NCBI GenBank assembly: GCA_964370865.1
Contig: CAYJKF010000003.1
Coordinates: 7,735-71,734, forward strand
Direction: 5' to 3'
DNA length: 64,000 nt
Source of the DNA: an uncultured Candidatus Saccharibacteria bacterium
GTDB taxonomy: Bacteria; Patescibacteriota; WWE3; 2-01-FULL-39-13
The notes beneath the pieces were generated by a model, which made no database searches, was not told where the DNA came from, and saw nothing but the letters and a program-made list of their open reading frames with translations. The position numbers and the translations under genes were made by a program. This document shows positions 29,130 through 39,052 of the stretch, in pieces (the stretch's first letter is position 1; every line of letters starts with the position of its first letter).

Positions 29130-29343
29130 TAGTTTTAACCTCCGTAGAATTGACCTGTTTTTTTTCTGAAGCCAGAAACTTCTCAATATCTTCCTTTCTA
29201 TAACGCCGATCTCCTCGTTGACCAAATCTAACCGCTTTTAGAATCCCATTTTTATCCCATTTTCTCAAGGTATTTTGGTGGACTTTCAAACTCTGTGCTA
29301 CTTCCGATATTGTCATGAGGTCTGAAATTAGTTGTTTTTCCAT
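29122..29343 (-). CDS. Excisionase/MerR-type helix-turn-helix DNA-binding protein (Xis-like)
   Basis: MTISEVAQSLKVHQNTLRKWDKNGILKAVRFGQRGDRRY is a typical excisionase-family HTH. Confidence 0.7.
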   Translation of the reverse strand: MEKQLISDLMTISEVAQSLKVHQNTLRKWDKNGILKAVRFGQRGDRRYRKEDIEKFLASEKKQVNSTEVKTNV

Positions 29344-29387
29344 AGACTAACTTTACTTAACTATACTCTACTTTATTATACACATAT

Positions 29388-30329
29388 TTGGTAAAATATC
29401 AGGCAAATACTAAGATATTTTTGAACAAAATTAAAATGAATATTGATTTAGAATGCATTGGATTGTTAAGTTTGATTCTACAAGACAGTCCAAATGACCG
29501 ACAATTTATCCTTGCAATATTGGCTAGGTCGAATACAGACCCATCAAAAATTTTCTTCGATCCAACTACAGAATATCCAGTATTTTATCGATATGCAAAT
29601 AACAAGATCCCTTTTTATCTAATGGGGAAAGGAGTATTAACTAACATACCTCGTAAAGGATTTTCAAAAAGAATTTTTTCCTCCTACTACCTGTCATTTG
29701 CTGAATCCATTATTAATAGCTCTAAAGACCAGGACGTATCTAAAAAGTTGTTAAGTGTTTCTAACTTCATTACTTTGGAAAATAGTACTGGATATAGAGA
29801 TGCCGAGGCTTTTTTGATATTCAGAGATAAGGCATTAGTTTTTATTCGAAATTATGCTACCACACATAAGGAGGAAATAAATTCCTTCCTGGGCACTGAA
29901 CTTAGCAAAGATATATATAAATCAAATGAAACCAATAAGTCGGAAGCCCAGAACAAACCAAGACCTTCAGAAAATCAACTAGTTTGGAGCGATTTAGTCC
30001 TCAACCTTGACCGATGTGTACTGAGATATAAGGACAATTCTCCCACCGAGATTTCTATTGACACAAAAATAGCAAAGTTTCTTATGATACTAATGAATAA
30101 CCAGGATAAAGTCATTCAGTACAAAGATATCGCAAAGGAATTGCAATTGAATTGTTGGAATAATGAAGTGGATAATAAAAATGTTGCTCGCGATGTTCAA
30201 TCTACAAAGAGAGATTTGTTGCGTTTTCTTGAGGATAAAGTAGGAATGACCAAAAAGATTACATCAAATATGATAATAGTCAAAAAGAATGTGGGATTCA
30301 AATTAAGTCACTCGAGCTCTTCACACTAA
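29388..30329 (+). CDS. Hypothetical protein, possible C-terminal winged-helix regulator
   Basis: ORF only. Confidence 0.35.
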   Translation: MVKYQANTKIFLNKIKMNIDLECIGLLSLILQDSPNDRQFILAILARSNTDPSKIFFDPTTEYPVFYRYANNKIPFYLMGKGVLTNIPRKGFSKRIFSSYYLSFAESIINSSKDQDVSKKLLSVSNFITLENSTGYRDAEAFLIFRDKALVFIRNYATTHKEEINSFLGTELSKDIYKSNETNKSEAQNKPRPSENQLVWSDLVLNLDRCVLRYKDNSPTEISIDTKIAKFLMILMNNQDKVIQYKDIAKELQLNCWNNEVDNKNVARDVQSTKRDLLRFLEDKVGMTKKITSNMIIVKKNVGFKLSHSSSSH

Positions 30330-30398
30330 AAAATCACAATAAAATCATAAAAATTACCACAGAAAAATCGTCGAGTATTCTTCACTATTGCGTCAATA

Positions 30399-30689
30399 TT
30401 GAGTCAGTTCAAATTGTTAAATATTACAATGACTCTAGATACAAAAGATTATTACTTCACTTCAGATCTTGCATTGGCAGCTGCTATATCGCTGTACTTC
30501 CCTCTTGAAGTAATTGACAGAACAAATCCCAACAAAGCTCAATTTCTTTTTAAAAGAGATGAAAGTCTCGATCAGCTTATTGAAGCTTTCTGGAGAAATG
30601 AAATGAAAGTTGATCCGCAAATATATTTCAATCAGCTAAAAGTCACTAAATCGAGGTTATACGAGAAAGAGAAAGATGTTATCAGATGA
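30399..30689 (+). CDS. Small hypothetical protein (mobile-element cargo)
   Basis: ORF only. Overlapping small-gene array typical of phage-like regions. Confidence 0.3.
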   Translation: MSQFKLLNITMTLDTKDYYFTSDLALAAAISLYFPLEVIDRTNPNKAQFLFKRDESLDQLIEAFWRNEMKVDPQIYFNQLKVTKSRLYEKEKDVIR

Positions 30690-30951
30690 GCAAGTTAAAA
30701 AATTTCAGAGGCTCTATATGTTCGTTACGGATAGAATCGATTTGGCAACATCATTAATTGCACTCGGGCATTATTTGCACGAATGTTTAATTCAAGATTT
30801 TAAAATAATATTTGTATTCAAAGACACAGAGGACTGTATAAAGATAAAGAAAGACTGGAATAATTGCACTTTATATCCAAACATTAAATTATATCTCCTT
30901 GCTCAAAAACAAATTAATAAAATCATTTATGATGGAGGGCTTTATGCTTAG
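30676..30951 (+). CDS. Small hypothetical protein
   Basis: ORF only. Confidence 0.3.
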   Translation: MLSDEQVKKFQRLYMFVTDRIDLATSLIALGHYLHECLIQDFKIIFVFKDTEDCIKIKKDWNNCTLYPNIKLYLLAQKQINKIIYDGGLYA

Positions 30952-31120
30952 TGAAGTAGCCATCCTTGAATTCAAACGCCTCTATGAGTCAGATACGGGC
31001 ATCATAATCACTTATGAAGAGGCATTATCCAAAGCAACCGAGTTCGTTTCATTCATAAAAATTTTCATTAAGAGCAATAAGTCGATTAATAATACACAAC
31101 CAAATGATGATGAAAACTAG
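30899..31120 (+). CDS. Small hypothetical protein
   Basis: ORF only. Confidence 0.25.
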   Translation: MLKNKLIKSFMMEGFMLSEVAILEFKRLYESDTGIIITYEEALSKATEFVSFIKIFIKSNKSINNTQPNDDEN

Positions 31121-31823
31121 CATGGAAGAAGCCTTATATATTCGGAAACAATCAGCTCGAATGAAAAGATATATAAAAACACCGAGGCCTCTGATTTTCT
31201 TATTTTCACTTAAATACTTAACTCCAACTGCCTTTGGTTTATATATGTACCTAGCTATGTATGCTGGTTTCGATAGTCGGAACTCACAGTATGGAGTGAT
31301 AGAATTAAAAACTAGCGAACTTGCATCCTTACTCGGATTTAATATAAAAACAATTCAAACAAATCTAAAAAAATTATCTCAAATAAATGCAATTCAATTC
31401 ACTAAGGACAACTATATATCAATCACAAACTATGAAACTCTTTTTGTCAAAACTAAAGAAACATTTCCAAAGAATGAAGACGCGTTATTTTTACTAGAGA
31501 ATTATTTTTCCATTAATTCGCAAAATAATTCCAATAAACAGAAATATATTTCCACAGTTGAGAAAAATATTTCCAATCAAACTCTAAATAATGATAATCA
31601 GATTAAGGAACAAACCCCGTATACTGTAAGTTCCTATAAGGTAAGTAAAGTTAATAATAATGATGAAGAAGAAACAGATGATAATGATTATAAGCGTATA
31701 AAGTACATCAATGGAGACAAATATGAACACTCTCAAGGAACTTGGATGAAAGTAGACAAGTTTACAGATGAGGAGTTAGATGATATTTCCGAAAAGATTA
31801 ATGAAGATGTATCAAACTGGTAA
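31104..31823 (+). CDS. Putative winged-helix DNA-binding / replication-organizer-like protein with an Asn-rich C-terminus
   Basis: HTH-like segment TSELASLLGFNIKTIQTNLKKLSQ. Context is next to the recombinase. Confidence 0.3.
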   Translation: MMMKTSMEEALYIRKQSARMKRYIKTPRPLIFLFSLKYLTPTAFGLYMYLAMYAGFDSRNSQYGVIELKTSELASLLGFNIKTIQTNLKKLSQINAIQFTKDNYISITNYETLFVKTKETFPKNEDALFLLENYFSINSQNNSNKQKYISTVEKNISNQTLNNDNQIKEQTPYTVSSYKVSKVNNNDEEETDDNDYKRIKYINGDKYEHSQGTWMKVDKFTDEELDDISEKINEDVSNW

Positions 31824-31876
31824 TAGATGTAGAATTAATTAGTGAATGTATCTTTTGGAGGGTTGAAATAGCCGAA

Positions 31877-33658
31877 TTGGGTATAACCCTCAAAAGTTGT
31901 GCATTCACAACCAGTTCGGCTATCTTAGTCATGAAACAAATTAAACCAACACAACCAACCAAATATATTATCTACTGTCGTAAAAGTAGTGAGGAAGAAG
32001 ACCGACAAATACTCAGTCTAGAAGCACAAAAAAGAGAACTAGAAGAATTTGCACAAAAATCTAACTTAAATGTTATAGATACACTCACTGAATCACAAAG
32101 CGCATTTAAAACAGGACGACCAATATTTAGCACTCTTCTCTCTAGAATTCAGAAAGGTGAAGCAAATGGAGTCATCTGTTGGCAACCAAATCGTATAAGT
32201 AGGAACCCAAAAGATGGTGGCGAATTTATTTATATGATGGATCTTGGTTTCATCAAAGAGCTGAGAACTCCATACAAGTCATTTGTGAACTCTGCTGATG
32301 ATAAATTCTTTCTCAACCTTGAATTTGGAATTGCAAAAAAAGATTCTGACGATAAATCCGAAAATGTAAAAAGAGGAAACAGACAAAAAATATTAAATGG
32401 AGACATTCCGGGATGTGCTCCACAAGGATATCTGAATGTAACTGATCCGATCACAAAAAGAAAGTATGTCGATATTGACCCAAGTCGTTTTCCTTTGATA
32501 CAAAAAGCCATACGACTTATTCTTTACGAAAGCAAAACTCCAATGCAAGCAATGGAAATATTAAACAATGAATGGGGGTATAGATCACGACAGACGCTAA
32601 AAATGGGTAATAAGAAAATGTCACCGAGCACATGGTATAACCTACTCAACAATCAATTTTACTATGGCAAAATACTAAGAATCGACACAGAAACAATAGG
32701 AAATCACCCACCAATGATAACCGAAGATGAATACAATCGAGTCCAGATTCTTCTTGGGAATAGAGGAAGACCAACCGTAAAAAAAGTCGGTTTTTATGCT
32801 AAAGGAATAATAAAATGTGGAGAATGTGGAGGAAATCTTACGGCTCATGATAAATGGCAAATAATATGTCCTGTTTGCAAAAATAAATTTCACAAATCAA
32901 TTGACAGAAAAGAATGCCCTATTTGCTCTACTGCAATCGCTAATATGAAGGATCCCAAATTACTATATTATGTTTACTATTCTTGTGTAAATAATAATCA
33001 TGGGAAATGCAAACAAGGATCATTAACTGAAACCACTCTAGAAAATACTGTAATGGAAAAACTAAGCAAGATTAGACTTAAAGATACCTACAGAGACTGG
33101 GCAATAAAATATTTAAATGAAATTGCAGATGATGACATCGAAGTGTATCAAAAAGGAACTGAAAATCTGGAAAAGAGGAAAACGGAAATAGATAAAACAT
33201 TAGATAATTTACTTAAAGTATTTATATCTCCAATTAATACAGATAAAGCAATTATGTCGGATCTTCAATATATAAATCAAAAAGAAAGACTCACAAATGA
33301 GCTGAAAGAAATTGGAGAGGATGTATCAAAGGCAGAAAAATACCATAGGAATTGGAGAGATGAGATAATAAAGAAATTCAACTTCGCACATGACGCACCT
33401 AAGAGATTTGAAACAGCAGATACAAATGAAAAAGCGACCATACTATCTAGTATAGGTTTGAACCTGACTGTACTTGATAGAAAACTGCACATTCAAGGGG
33501 ATCCAATCTTCTTCCTGATCGAAGAAGGTATAGAAAAATCAAAAGTGATAGAAGATAAGTTAGAACCTGTGAATATGCTTACAGTTAGTGAACAATCGGA
33601 GTGTATCGAGGAGCTTCATCAGACTTGGCTGCCCAACTTGGATTCGAACCAAGATTGA
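31877..33658 (+). CDS. Large serine recombinase (resolvase/invertase catalytic domain, recombinase domain, zinc-ribbon, coiled coil). Likely start is MKQIKPT near 31931.
   Basis: Catalytic-Ser N-terminal domain YIIYCRKSSEEE...GVICWQPNRISRN. Cys pairs CPVC / CPIC. Long coiled-coil C-terminus. 3' end overlaps tRNA-Gln antisense. Confidence 0.85.
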   Translation: MGITLKSCAFTTSSAILVMKQIKPTQPTKYIIYCRKSSEEEDRQILSLEAQKRELEEFAQKSNLNVIDTLTESQSAFKTGRPIFSTLLSRIQKGEANGVICWQPNRISRNPKDGGEFIYMMDLGFIKELRTPYKSFVNSADDKFFLNLEFGIAKKDSDDKSENVKRGNRQKILNGDIPGCAPQGYLNVTDPITKRKYVDIDPSRFPLIQKAIRLILYESKTPMQAMEILNNEWGYRSRQTLKMGNKKMSPSTWYNLLNNQFYYGKILRIDTETIGNHPPMITEDEYNRVQILLGNRGRPTVKKVGFYAKGIIKCGECGGNLTAHDKWQIICPVCKNKFHKSIDRKECPICSTAIANMKDPKLLYYVYYSCVNNNHGKCKQGSLTETTLENTVMEKLSKIRLKDTYRDWAIKYLNEIADDDIEVYQKGTENLEKRKTEIDKTLDNLLKVFISPINTDKAIMSDLQYINQKERLTNELKEIGEDVSKAEKYHRNWRDEIIKKFNFAHDAPKRFETADTNEKATILSSIGLNLTVLDRKLHIQGDPIFFLIEEGIEKSKVIEDKLEPVNMLTVSEQSECIEELHQTWLPNLDSNQD

Positions 33659-33699
33659 CGGCTTCAAAGGCCGCTGTCCTACCGTTAGACGATCGGGCA
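33626..33699 (-). tRNA. tRNA-Gln (UUG)
   Basis: Cloverleaf folded by hand: acceptor UGCCCGA/UUGGGCA, anticodon loop CUUUGAA, T-loop TTCGAAT, discriminator G and CCA encoded. Confidence 0.85.
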
Positions 33700-33846
33700 A
33701 TATAACTCCCACTATTATATTAAGAATTACACTTAAATTATAGAGCCAGAACCAACTTTAAGAAATTGTCACCTAATGTCAGCGTATAACCTATAGACAT
33801 ATAAATAACATTGGATAAAATCATAAGTAGTTAGTACCTTCAAATA

Positions 33847-36366
33847 ATGACATATTTTAGAGCTTTACTTCAAAGCAAATATTTTAGAAAACTTAAGAAT
33901 TATACGGATATACTTATAGTATTCCTGGGCAGGGTGCTCTATTATATTTTTGACTTTTATTACAACCTCTTTAAAAACATATACAAATACATCAAAACCT
34001 TCTTACAATATATTTACACAAAGCATAAAGATATTAGACTTAAACTTGTATACAATGGAATAACTAAGACCAAAAGTAAAAGTAAGCAGCGTAAAATGAA
34101 AATTACAGGTAAAAGTCAGTACAAAAATTTAGGTGCACATAAACGCCATCATACTCCGAGAAGCTGGTACTATTTAAAAATTGTATTTTTTCCATTCTAT
34201 GCCATTTATAAAATACTTAGATGGCTATTTAGCTGGGAATTTAAAGTCAAACCTTTTTCATTTAGCTTTATTGCTTTCACCATATTTATCTCATCACTTG
34301 TAGCTTTTGCGATATTATATTTTTCAATAATAGAGCAATTACCAACTGTTGAGTCATTGCAAACATATAATCCAAAATACACAACTAATATATATGATAG
34401 AAAAGGAAATCTTCTCTATCGAACGTATAACAACGAAGATAGATATTATGTTCAACTTGAGGAAATTCCAGATATCGTGCAAAAAGCTACTATTGCCGTT
34501 GAAGACGCCACCTTTTACGACCACTTCGGGCTATCATTTAAAGGAATCGTAAGAGCCGCAAAGAAAAGTTACCTAGAAGATGATTTACAAGGTGGATCAA
34601 CAATTACTCAGCAGTTGGTTAAAAATTCGCTACTATCAGGAGAGAGAACATATACAAGAAAAATTAAGGAGGCAATACTATCACTTGAACTAGAAAGAAA
34701 ATTCGATAAAGCAGACATTCTTGAAATGTATCTGAATAAAATTTCATACGGCGGCACTTCTTATGGAATTAAATCCGCAGCTAATAAATATTTTGGTAAG
34801 GAATTAAGTGAATTAACTCTGGCAGAAGCTTCCTTATTAGCTGGATTACCAGCATCACCATCAAACTACTCACCACTAATAAACGACGTTTCAATAGCAA
34901 AGGCCCGACAATGGGAAGTACTAGATTTAATGGTAAAAAGCTTTTATATAACCCAAGAACAAGCAGATGCCGCATTTGAGGAGGAATTAGTATACAAAGC
35001 TAAACTCGAACAAATAGTTGCACCTCATTTTGTTAACTACGTTATAAGCGAACTCGAAAAAAAGTATGGCCAAAAAATGGTAGCTGAAGGTGGACTTAAT
35101 GTATACACAACAATAGATTTAGAACTTCAAAATAAATTGCAAGAAATCGTGACTAAAAATATCGCTCAGATGGGAAAAAGAAGTGGAGTTACAAATGGTG
35201 CCGCATTAATCACAAATCCATCAACTGGCGAAATCCTCGCAATGGTTGGAAGTATTAACTATTGGCATGAGGAAAATGATGGACAAGTAAATGTTACGAC
35301 ATCCTTAAGACAACCTGGTTCTTCTATAAAACCAATTACATATGCTCTGGCATTTGAAAGTGGAATGCATCCATTTGATACCGTAGAAGATTCTCCAGTA
35401 ACCTATAAAATTGAGGGACAACCAGACTACAAACCTGTAAATTACGATGGCGGATATCACGGAAAAGTTACTTTAAAGGCTGCGTTAGCTAATTCCTACA
35501 ATATCCCCGCAGTAAAAGTTTTGGATAAACTAGGTATGGAAAAATATCTAGACTTCGCTCATAAAATCGGAATAAATAGTTTTGAGGATACAAGTAGATT
35601 TGGTTTATCAATAACACTCGGTGCCGGAGAAGTTAAAATGACGGACATGGCAACTGCTTATGGAACATTTCCAAATAATGGATATAAAGTAGAAGCTTCA
35701 CCAATACTTAGAATCTATGATTATTATGGTAATACAGTTTTCAATAACGATTGCGCTAAGTTAACATATGAAGAACAATCTGTAATTGCACAAAAAGCAT
35801 ATGCAGGACCAAACACAACAGGTCATACAGGAATAAACACCTGCCATCCAGAAAAAGTAATTTCAGAAGATACAGCTTTTTATATAAACGAAATTCTCTC
35901 CGATAACCAGGCCAGATTACCCGCTTTTGGAGCAGGAAATAATCTTGCTATAAAGGGAAAACAAGTCGCAGTTAAAACAGGAACTACACAAAACCTAAAA
36001 GATAACTGGGCCATAGGTTATACAAAAGAATACGTGGTACTAACATGGATAGGAAATAACGATGGAACACCTATGAAAAATGTCGCCTCAGGCTATGGCA
36101 GCGCATCTCAACTCTGGAGAGAAACTTTTGACTACCTAATTAAAAATAAGGAAGTAAGCGATAAATTTAGTATTCCATCAGACATGATTGAAGTAAGTGT
36201 TTGCCCGATTACAAATACACTAGCTTGTGGTGGTTGCCCAAACGTAAAGAGATTATATAAAAAGGGCAGTGAACCAGAAAAGGCTTGTAATTCAGATACA
36301 ATTAGACAAATACTTGAGGATCAAGAGAGACAAAAACGTGAAGATGAAGACCATGATGGCGATTAA
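33847..36366 (+). CDS. ponA: Class A penicillin-binding protein (PBP1A-type transglycosylase/transpeptidase). Probable true start is MKITGKS near 34096.
   Basis: GT51 motifs EDATFYDHFG, GGSTITQQLVKN. Transpeptidase SSIKP (SxxK), SYN (SxN), KTGTT (KTG). N-terminal TM anchor. Confidence 0.9.
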   Translation: MTYFRALLQSKYFRKLKNYTDILIVFLGRVLYYIFDFYYNLFKNIYKYIKTFLQYIYTKHKDIRLKLVYNGITKTKSKSKQRKMKITGKSQYKNLGAHKRHHTPRSWYYLKIVFFPFYAIYKILRWLFSWEFKVKPFSFSFIAFTIFISSLVAFAILYFSIIEQLPTVESLQTYNPKYTTNIYDRKGNLLYRTYNNEDRYYVQLEEIPDIVQKATIAVEDATFYDHFGLSFKGIVRAAKKSYLEDDLQGGSTITQQLVKNSLLSGERTYTRKIKEAILSLELERKFDKADILEMYLNKISYGGTSYGIKSAANKYFGKELSELTLAEASLLAGLPASPSNYSPLINDVSIAKARQWEVLDLMVKSFYITQEQADAAFEEELVYKAKLEQIVAPHFVNYVISELEKKYGQKMVAEGGLNVYTTIDLELQNKLQEIVTKNIAQMGKRSGVTNGAALITNPSTGEILAMVGSINYWHEENDGQVNVTTSLRQPGSSIKPITYALAFESGMHPFDTVEDSPVTYKIEGQPDYKPVNYDGGYHGKVTLKAALANSYNIPAVKVLDKLGMEKYLDFAHKIGINSFEDTSRFGLSITLGAGEVKMTDMATAYGTFPNNGYKVEASPILRIYDYYGNTVFNNDCAKLTYEEQSVIAQKAYAGPNTTGHTGINTCHPEKVISEDTAFYINEILSDNQARLPAFGAGNNLAIKGKQVAVKTGTTQNLKDNWAIGYTKEYVVLTWIGNNDGTPMKNVASGYGSASQLWRETFDYLIKNKEVSDKFSIPSDMIEVSVCPITNTLACGGCPNVKRLYKKGSEPEKACNSDTIRQILEDQERQKREDEDHDGD

Positions 36367-36419
36367 TTTAAGTAAGTTAGTAGGGAAGTGGCATTACCAG
36401 AAACAGGGCAGGAAGATGT

Positions 36420-36755
36420 TTATTCAACTTTAGAACTGGTATTAGGAAGGGTTTTAACCCCATTAATCGAGATTTCTACTCTATTATCTGACCCTGCAGT
36501 ATTAGTATTAGGAATAGTATTAGGTATTCCACCGATATTCACACCCTCCGAGTTATTATCAGAATCTAATTTCTCTTCACCCGGAACAACATCGATTTCA
36601 GGGCTTAGAACATCAGCACTTAATTCTGGAGCCTGAAGATTTACTTCTGGAACTTTTGGTCTGTTTTGCAAATATCCAAAAAAAACAACAGCAACCGGTA
36701 TTAATAATATAGCGATAACTGATGCAACAGTTCTTGCTGATTCATTTATGTTCAT
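36420..36755 (-). CDS. Membrane-anchored hypothetical protein
   Basis: N-terminal TM helix. Pro/Asn-rich. Confidence 0.35.
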   Translation of the reverse strand: MNINESARTVASVIAILLIPVAVVFFGYLQNRPKVPEVNLQAPELSADVLSPEIDVVPGEEKLDSDNNSEGVNIGGIPNTIPNTNTAGSDNRVEISINGVKTLPNTSSKVE

Positions 36756-36756
36756 G

Positions 36757-37332
36757 CTATATCACCTCCTTATTATTATAATTAATCAACTTTAATATTT
36801 TAGCTTTAACCAGTATTCTAAATTCGTCATTTGGTCCATCACACGTAAAAAGGCTTAAGTGAGTATCCCCAATAGATGATATTTTGTCAATTTCGTCAGG
36901 CAATACAACCTCTTTCGATACAATCTCATAAGTCACAACTCCAGATGGAGTATAAATCTTTATAGTTTCTCCTTTGTTTAACTGATTCATATTCCCAAGT
37001 AATTCAGGAATGGCATGACCATAAACAATTAAATTTCCACCGTTTTCAAATTCCAACTCACTATTCTCAACATAAGCTAGAAAATGCCTATAAACCTTCC
37101 AAGATTCGTTTACTTCTTCACTTTTTTGTAAGCCTACTTTTATCCCAATACTTGGAATTGAAATCGCAACCGGTTTATCAAAACCCTTATAAGGACTGAA
37201 TTCTGATGGAGAATTCGAAATATAAAAGTCTGACTTCGAGTGGACTATCGTGGGATTTGCAATTTGATAAATCGAGAATAATAGTACTGAAAAATTTAAG
37301 CTAGCAAACAGCAAAATATATTTATAAAACAT
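36757..37332 (-). CDS. Sortase-like transpeptidase (second copy), N-terminally anchored
   Basis: His in LIVYGHAIPE, TLxTC-like HLSLFTCDG, then Arg (EFRILV) 8 residues on. N-terminal TM. Less certain than the first sortase. Confidence 0.4.
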   Translation of the reverse strand: MFYKYILLFASLNFSVLLFSIYQIANPTIVHSKSDFYISNSPSEFSPYKGFDKPVAISIPSIGIKVGLQKSEEVNESWKVYRHFLAYVENSELEFENGGNLIVYGHAIPELLGNMNQLNKGETIKIYTPSGVVTYEIVSKEVVLPDEIDKISSIGDTHLSLFTCDGPNDEFRILVKAKILKLINYNNKEVI

Positions 37333-37357
37333 CTATATAAAGGGCAGAAAACAATTT

Positions 37358-39052
37358 CTAATATTTCATTAAGTCTTTTGGTTCCATCCAACCTCTTTGA
37401 GCTATGTTAATTCCATATTTCATCAAATCTAGATCGCTTACCGAGTGTGCGTCAGTGTTAATTGCAATTGAACAACCAAGACTTATAGCCAGTCTAACTA
37501 AATTCTCATTCAAATCAAGTCTTTGAGGATGTGCATTAATTTCTAAAGCAACATCATACTCCTTACATAACTTAAATATATATTCGTAGTCAAACTCATA
37601 CCCTGGACGTTGTCCTATAAGCCTGCCAGTTGGATGAGCTATGAATTTTGTTAAAGGATTTTTAACAGCAACTTCGATTCTTTTTGTCATTTCATCAATT
37701 GTCATTTTCGTAGACATATGAATTGATACGATTACATAATCAAGTTTTGACAACAACTTTTCATCATACTTAAAAGTTCCATCGCGATCTATATCTACTT
37801 CTGCTCCAGCATAAATTTTTATACCATCAACCTTTTGCTCAATTTCTCTAATGTCGGATAAATAGTCATTAAATTGACTTTGTGGAATTGGATTAGCTAC
37901 TGGAGGTGCTCCAAAATGGTCACTTATTCCAATATATTTATAACCTTTAGATTTCGCAGCTAAAACCATTTCTTCAATTGTATTGTTCGCATCACTCCAA
38001 GTTGTATGTGTATGTAAATCTCCTTTTATATCATCAAGAGTAATTAAGGTCGGTAATTCATTTTTAATTGCGGATTCTATTTCACCATTATTCTCTCTTA
38101 AAACCGGTGGTATAAAACGTGAAACTAATGTCTGGTAAATTTTTTCCTCACTTTTTCCTTCGATAAGATCATCAGTTTTTCTATCAAACAGACCATATTC
38201 AGATAATTTGTATCCCTTCGAGATAGCAATATTTCTTAACTTAACATTATGATCTTTGCTACCAGTAAAATACTGCATTGCCGCTCCGTATGAATCGATT
38301 GGAACAATACGCATATCTGCTTGAACCTTCTGCTTTAGCCATACCGATGACTTTGTATCTCCAGAGCCAAGTATTTTATCGACTTCTTTGTATTTAGTAA
38401 AAAAATCTCTTGTTAAATCAGGTTCCTTAGTTGAGACCAAAAAATCCATATCACCAATCTGTTCCTTCTTTCTTCTAAAGGAGCCAAGCGCCTCAACTTT
38501 AATAATATTTTTATCGCCCTTAAGGTAATTTAGATAATCTTCAACCAGTGGTTCGATTTGGTAATATGGTTTCTTATCTTTATTCGTAATCGCAAATTTT
38601 ATACTTTCTAAAATATTGTCTTGAGATTTTTTACCAAAGCCTTCGAGCGTGGCAATTTTGTTTTCATCCGCGGCTTTTTGCAAATCAGAGATATTTTTAA
38701 TTCCGAGCGTCTTATATAATTTGAGGATTTTCTTAGGACCAATACCTTGTATTTGTAGAAGTCCCTCTAATTCAACTGGGCTAGATTTTTTTAATTCCTC
38801 ATAGTCAGTTATTTTTCCTTCTAATAAGTATTCAACAATGTTAGCAGCAGTAACTTTTCCAATACCTTCCATCGCTACTAATAATTGAGGATTCTTTATG
38901 AATTTTTCATCTGCTAAATCAACGGATAGGGAATTTATAACTTCTGCGGCTTTTCGGTATGCACGTGATTTAAAGAAAGCATTTTTATCCTCCAACATAT
39001 CTATGTAGGAAGCCATTTTAGAGAAAATGTCAGCGATCTCTTGATTTATCAT
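37358..39052 (-). CDS. polX: Family X DNA polymerase with C-terminal PHP phosphoesterase domain (PolX)
   Basis: HhH motifs. Pol-beta nucleotidyltransferase GSFRRKKEQIGDMDFLV. PHP motif DLHTHTTWSD. Confidence 0.85.
   Translation of the reverse strand: MINQEIADIFSKMASYIDMLEDKNAFFKSRAYRKAAEVINSLSVDLADEKFIKNPQLLVAMEGIGKVTAANIVEYLLEGKITDYEELKKSSPVELEGLLQIQGIGPKKILKLYKTLGIKNISDLQKAADENKIATLEGFGKKSQDNILESIKFAITNKDKKPYYQIEPLVEDYLNYLKGDKNIIKVEALGSFRRKKEQIGDMDFLVSTKEPDLTRDFFTKYKEVDKILGSGDTKSSVWLKQKVQADMRIVPIDSYGAAMQYFTGSKDHNVKLRNIAISKGYKLSEYGLFDRKTDDLIEGKSEEKIYQTLVSRFIPPVLRENNGEIESAIKNELPTLITLDDIKGDLHTHTTWSDANNTIEEMVLAAKSKGYKYIGISDHFGAPPVANPIPQSQFNDYLSDIREIEQKVDGIKIYAGAEVDIDRDGTFKYDEKLLSKLDYVIVSIHMSTKMTIDEMTKRIEVAVKNPLTKFIAHPTGRLIGQRPGYEFDYEYIFKLCKEYDVALEINAHPQRLDLNENLVRLAISLGCSIAINTDAHSVSDLDLMKYGINIAQRGWMEPKDLMKY

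Larger units (their letters stand above)
19297..33699. mobile_element. Putative integrated element/genomic island ending at tRNA-Gln: serine recombinase, Xis-like HTH, small ORFs, replication-like protein and the helicase-nuclease / ZnR-nuclease genes. The left boundary is undetermined, at least 27098 and possibly 19297 or further left.
   Basis: Recombinase gene abutting and overlapping the tRNA 3' half. Excisionase-like gene. Density of unknown short overlapping ORFs. No att direct repeat was found by eye. Confidence 0.35.

Noticed and set aside
33847-34095. 83-aa N-terminal extension of PBP1A
   Set aside because: Extremely AT-rich Tyr/Ile/Lys/Phe-rich translation typical of non-coding spacer. 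A good start (MKITGKS) plus TM anchor follows at about 34096.
36388-36636. 82-aa + strand ORF overlapping 36420..36755
   Set aside because: Overlaps a better minus-strand ORF with a TM anchor. Low-complexity.
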